A stretch of 63,669 nt of DNA, the filler included, from Pelomyxa schiedti (Eukaryota; Protista; Evosea): the NCBI GenBank assembly GCA_020536535.1. It is 9 parts of 9 records of this genome, joined end to end, with 100 filler letters (N's around TTAATTAATTAA, not from the genome) between each part and the next. Parts side by side here need not be neighbours in the genome. Positions count along the whole stretch, not along the records: positions 59,329 to 60,464 come from JAHLWZ010002783.1; positions 60,565 to 62,561 come from JAHLWZ010000568.1; positions 62,662 to 63,669 come from JAHLWZ010003018.1; 6 more parts are not named here. One strand, given 5' to 3'. Shown here piece by piece: positions 59,229 to 63,669 of the stretch. Position 1 is the first letter of the stretch, and each line of letters opens with the position of its first letter. The notes beneath the pieces are model-generated. The model made no database searches. It had not been told where the DNA came from and saw only the letters and a program-made list of their open reading frames with translations. Both the position numbers and the translations under genes were made by a program.

Positions 59229-59739
59229 NNNNNNNNNNNNNNNNNNNNNNNNNNNNNNNNNNNNNNNNNNNNTTAATTAATTAANNNNNNNNNNNNNNNN
59301 NNNNNNNNNNNNNNNNNNNNNNNNNNNNGAGGATGCAGCACAAGCTAAACTACAAAAATCTTTTACTCGGCATTTCATCCCTAAGTGAGTCCACTGCTTT
59401 TTTACTTTATTTTCACAGATTATTTAGCTCAAAGAATAAAGCTGTGTGCGATTTTATGAAAACATACAGGTATTCATTTGTTAAATTCCTTGACTTTTTC
59501 TCATTTCCGATAAGCACCAAGGTATTAGGCGGACCTGCAGCACTATCATGTCTGGCAACTATCAAACTTGGCCAACCTATCCAGCCAAAAGATGTGTCTA
59601 AAGTATATTAGTCTCACCAATATAATCTCATCTTTCTAAAAGGCCATCTCAATACTGAAATTGTCAAAGAAAAAAAAGAGTACAACCCCTGGATTATCTG
59701 TACAATCAGAGAGATTGGTGTTTCACTCTCAATTACAAG

Positions 59740-60420
59740 TATTTATATGGAAGGCTGAACAGATTGTGTTTACAGATGAAAAGTACTGGAAGATAACTGA
59801 TATTTCCAAACGGCACTACTACTCCCTTTTTTTTTTTCCTCCTTAATTAACATGGTTACAGCTTTGGAAACTATGGATATGCTCCTAGAGGACAACGAAT
59901 CCCTAATACAGCTAGATTAGTGAGTTTGCCAAAGCCAGACTTTAAAGAGGTTTTAATTGCCCTGTGTTTCTTTTTTTTTTTTCATCTTAGATTCTCTCAC
60001 ATTGCTTTGTAAGGTGGAAGTAATTGCTGCTATTGGGGTTACTTCCCCAAAACCCCTGGCAGATGGAACCTCAGGGGATATTGGGGCTCTTTCCTTCTTT
60101 TTCCATGAAGGCCGATTGGAAAAAAGTGACAAGATCAACTTTTACACACATATGTTACCTGTACAGCTTTCTGCACACCCAGGTTATTTGAACCTTTTCC
60201 GATTTTTATCGGAAGTGCTCTTAAGCAAACTTTAGGACCTCATAGTGTGGTAGTACTGGATAATATGCCACAACACTGAGAACAAGCAACTGAAATTTCA
60301 GCAGCATTTGCCTCTTCTGGTGCTTACATAGCATGGAACCCTCCACAATCCCCTGACCTAAATTTGATTGAAAAATTTTGGGATGTTGTAGCTGCTAAGG
60401 CAGCCCATCTTCACTTAGAG
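59740..60420 (+). mobile_element. Degenerate IS630/Tc1/mariner-superfamily transposase (DD36E)
   Basis: IVFTDEK; VVVLDNMPQH*...WNPPQSPDLNLIEKFW; stop codons present. Confidence 0.8.
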
Positions 60421-60564
60421 CTCTTATCAGGTTTGCCACTTTCTTTCAATTTTTTGTATTTATTNNNNNNNNNNNNNNNNNNNNNNNNNNNNNNNNNNNN
60501 NNNNNNNNTTAATTAATTAANNNNNNNNNNNNNNNNNNNNNNNNNNNNNNNNNNNNNNNNNNNN

Positions 60565-62561
60565 GAAAGTCCATCTTGGGGGTCTGTCCTTGTTCCATTC
60601 GGTCTTGATTCTTGTGGTGATTGTCAGCAAGATTGGGAAGTGATCTGAGGCATTTGATTCCCAGGTAGTAACCTGGGAAATAAGGTTTTTGGCTTAGATC
60701 ATGCCACATGCACCAAAGGTATAGCAAGTGCCGTTTTGGATGAATGTAGGAGACTTGGTTTCAACTGGGTAAACATCCCAGTTTTCCATGGTTGACATTG
60801 CTGCTTGTCTCAGGTTTGCTGACCTTTCAAAAGAAGGGTGTTGGTGTTTGAAAAGCGGGATATTGAAATCCCCTACCAGGATGGTTGCCGATGTGTTACT
60901 TGGGGTGTATCTTTTGTTAGTGTGTTCCCAGAAGTCCGCCGCTTCTGGGTGGGCTAAGTATGGTGCATATACGCCGAGGATGTCTAAGGCTTGATTCTCC
61001 CAGAGAATTTGAACCTTGGACATTCGGCCTTCCATCAGGACTTTGGGTTGTGTGGGGTTGAGGGATTTGAGAATCCCTATTGCCACACCATCTGAGTTTN
61101 NNNNNNNNNNNNNNNNNNNNNNNNNNNNNNNNNNNNNNNNNNNNNNNNNNNNNNNNNNNNNNNNNNNNNNNNNNNNNNNNNNNNNNNNNNNNNNNNNNNT
61201 GAGGGATTTGAGAATCCCTATTGCCACACCATCTGAGTTTTGGCGTCCATGAACCACCAGTATTTTGGGTTCAGGTTGCAGGTGTTGTAGTGTGCTTGTT
61301 CTGTGGAGTGTGTTTCTGTATTTACAAGGATATGTGCGTTGATTGCGTTGATTGTGTCTTTGATTTGTTTGAGTTTGGGTGTTGGTGCTGTGGCTAGCCC
61401 CCATGCGTTCCACGATAATACTCTTAAGCTGGTCATTGCTTATTAGGTGGTTTTATCGGGGGCCGTGGGGGGCCTGATCCCTGTAAATTGACTCAGGTCC
61501 TGGCGTTGGGTTAGGAGTTACTGGGCGGAAGTTAAGGGAGCCAAAGGAGGTTGAGGAGGAATGTTGGGGGCTGGGGGTGTAAAGTCAAAGGGCTTTGGGG
61601 GTTGTAATTCAGTGGGGGCTGGAGGAGTGGTCGTTGATTGTTGGGCTGGTTGAGGGGTGTTGGCGCTAGTGGGGATTGTATGGGTGGGTTGGTGGGTTGG
61701 TCTGTTGTAATATATGACTGGGGGGCTGGGGCCTTTATTCTTAGGATAGAGCTGTAGGTGTGTCTTGCGGTGTTCTTCTGACTCAAAGGGACACCTAGTG
61801 GCATCGTGATTAGTGCCTGCGCACTTGGTGCACTTCATCTTGGGTAGGTGTCAGTATATGGTTTTGCCAGAGTTGAAAGTAAATTCATCTGTCAGTAGAA
61901 GGTACTCTTCCATTGTATAGAAGTTAGCTACCCATTCACCAGTACTTGATAGGCTATGTTGGCGCCAAGTACTGGTGAATGGGTAGCTAACTTCTATACA
62001 ATGGATAGGCTGAGCGGTTCCAGGTGGTAAAAGAGCTGCTGCGGTTTGTATCTGGGGTTGAGGTTGAGCTTGAGGTGGAGGTAAGTTCTTGCGTTTCCAT
62101 GACTTGAGTTTGAACCTGTCATATGTACCCAGAATAATGGGGCATACCTCCTGCAGGAGGTTAATGTCCCCATGATCTGGGGGGTTTATAATAAACGAGA
62201 CAGGAATTGGTTCTGGCAGTGTGTTCATAATAATTCTGATCCCGTCGGTTCAATGGCAAGTTAGAAGAACTTCTTTTTGGTCACATAGTGGCAGAAATAG
62301 ACACGAAGGTGGAGTTCTGCTTCCAGCAGTGTGTCCATGATATTGTGGGCTGCATCCAGGTTTAGCCTTGTGTCTTGTCCTGATGGAGCCCTCGCAAAAA
62401 GATAACTGGTTGGAAGCAGAGGGTTGACTGGGGTGTTCCGAGGGAATGCCTTGTTGAGAGTTGGGGGCAGTCTGAATACAGATCTCCCCCTGCTTGGTAG
62501 ATCTTGGCTAGGTGGGGTTCAAGTGGTGATGGCTGGGTGACTTCAGGTGCTGGGGTTTGGA
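60565..62561 (-). mobile_element. Degenerate non-LTR (L1/Tx1-like) retrotransposon: ORF1 zinc knuckle and ORF2 APE endonuclease
   Basis: CTKCAGTNHDATRC in ORF1 (in-frame TGA at 61851); ORF2 from 61436 RVLSWNAWGL, TETH, GVAI, GVYAP, LVGDFN, PTF; frameshifts. Confidence 0.85.
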
Positions 62562-62661
62562 NNNNNNNNNNNNNNNNNNNNNNNNNNNNNNNNNNNNNNN
62601 NNNNNTTAATTAATTAANNNNNNNNNNNNNNNNNNNNNNNNNNNNNNNNNNNNNNNNNNNN

Positions 62662-63116
62662 TATTCAACATGCATGCCTGTAACTGTTGTTCTCAGGAAG
62701 GAGTTGGGGCAGCCTCATCACTGAGAGAACTTGGGAACCTGGGTGCATATGAAGACACTGGTGGATTCTACCCAGTCACATGTGAAACACTCCACCTACA
62801 AGCCAATCTCATTTCATTTGGTTTGTCAACATCATCCATCGAACCCAGGGTCAATGGCCTCAACCCTGATGATGGGAATTCCAACGCAGCAAAGAGCCAT
62901 CCTGTCTCAGAGTCAGATGAGATATCATTCCTGCTCGAACTCACACCAGACAAAAGACGCGGGTTTGTGAGAGTGTTCAGGAACCTTGAGCTTCTTTCCA
63001 CATTCACTGATGTTGACACATCGGTTCCCATTTTCCCAACAGTGAACATGTGTTGCCATGATGCACAGTTCAAGTTTGTGAGGAACCCCAAGCTCCCACG
63101 TGTTCTCATATCCTGA
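62662..63116 (+). CDS. C-terminal SPRY/B30.2-like fragment
   Basis: DEISFLLEL..GFVRVFRN..PIFPTVNMC pattern. Confidence 0.5.
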
Positions 63117-63200
63117 TTCCAACTCTCACTCCCTGTTGTGTTTAGTATAGAAACCAGTCTGTTGGTTTGTTCACAAATTTGATCGGATTTTTCAATCATG

Positions 63201-63434
63201 ATGGGTGCAAGGGCGTCAGCAACAGAACAACAAGAGGGGCAACCACAAAACCAAACACCGCAACAACAAACTGCACAAACAACAACAACAGGGATTATGG
63301 GAGAGTGGGACCGTGAGAGGAAGGGAATCGTTTCGTTCTTGTGTGGCTGGCGCGAGAGGACGGGATCAAGGACTCTGATGTATCGATTGTGTGTCCCATT
63401 TCCCGTCGCAAGGATCATCGTGGAGTTGGTTATG
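63201..63434 (+). CDS. First exon of a myristoylated protein with a related N-terminal helical motif
   Basis: MGARAS, Q/T tract, GIVSFLCGWRERTGSRTLMYRL..PVARIIVELV, then a probable GT donor. Confidence 0.45.
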
Positions 63435-63669
63435 GGTGTGTGTGTGTGGCTCATTTGCACCCTCAAGTCAAATGGGGTCCAGTTTGGCAATTGGCATATC
63501 ATTATGTAATTTAGGGCGGTCACCTATCATTTCCTGTGTAAAATGACAGCCCCGGGGCGGTCATTTTACACTTTGTATCCTGCAGTCAAAAACTCCAACC
63601 AGAGGTCCCACAGAGTGTTGAACAGGTTAAAAAAGTGTTTCCCCCCATTTTCCAGCCGTCGGTGCCCAT

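Overview
Eukaryotic DNA with short GT-AG introns and compact intergenic spacers. The gene content (GAPA-like IQGAP, villin) suggests an amoebozoan protist. The expanded families resemble archamoebid/Pelomyxa-like ones, but this is unverified recollection. The window is not one locus: nine contigs are joined by 100-nt N44-TTAATTAATTAA-N44 linkers, and there are six 100-N scaffold gaps, several flanked by duplicated overlaps. Contents: (1) a tandem array of 7 intronless paralogs of a myristoylated 'SPTLGVV' family, plus 3-4 dispersed relatives; (2) a tandem array of 4 ankyrin-like repeat paralogs, two broken by internal deletions, plus a dispersed CaaX-ending relative; (3) multidomain genes: kinase-UBR-SPRY-UBA, UBZ-RING-UBE2Q, RhoGAP-pseudokinesin-CPI-WH2-villin, F-box-Ubl, IQGAP-like, RapGAP, AK6, USE1, ARH, glutaminyl cyclase, BPL_N, RCC1 and ankyrin; (4) decayed mobile elements: LTR+gag with a related solo LTR, a DD36E transposase and an L1-like element; (5) satellites, including a 101-bp intronic repeat whose units look like intron+7-nt microexon cassettes. 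The best candidates for undescribed biology are the rapidly diversifying adaptor-motif gene repertoires and the actin-microtubule fusion protein.
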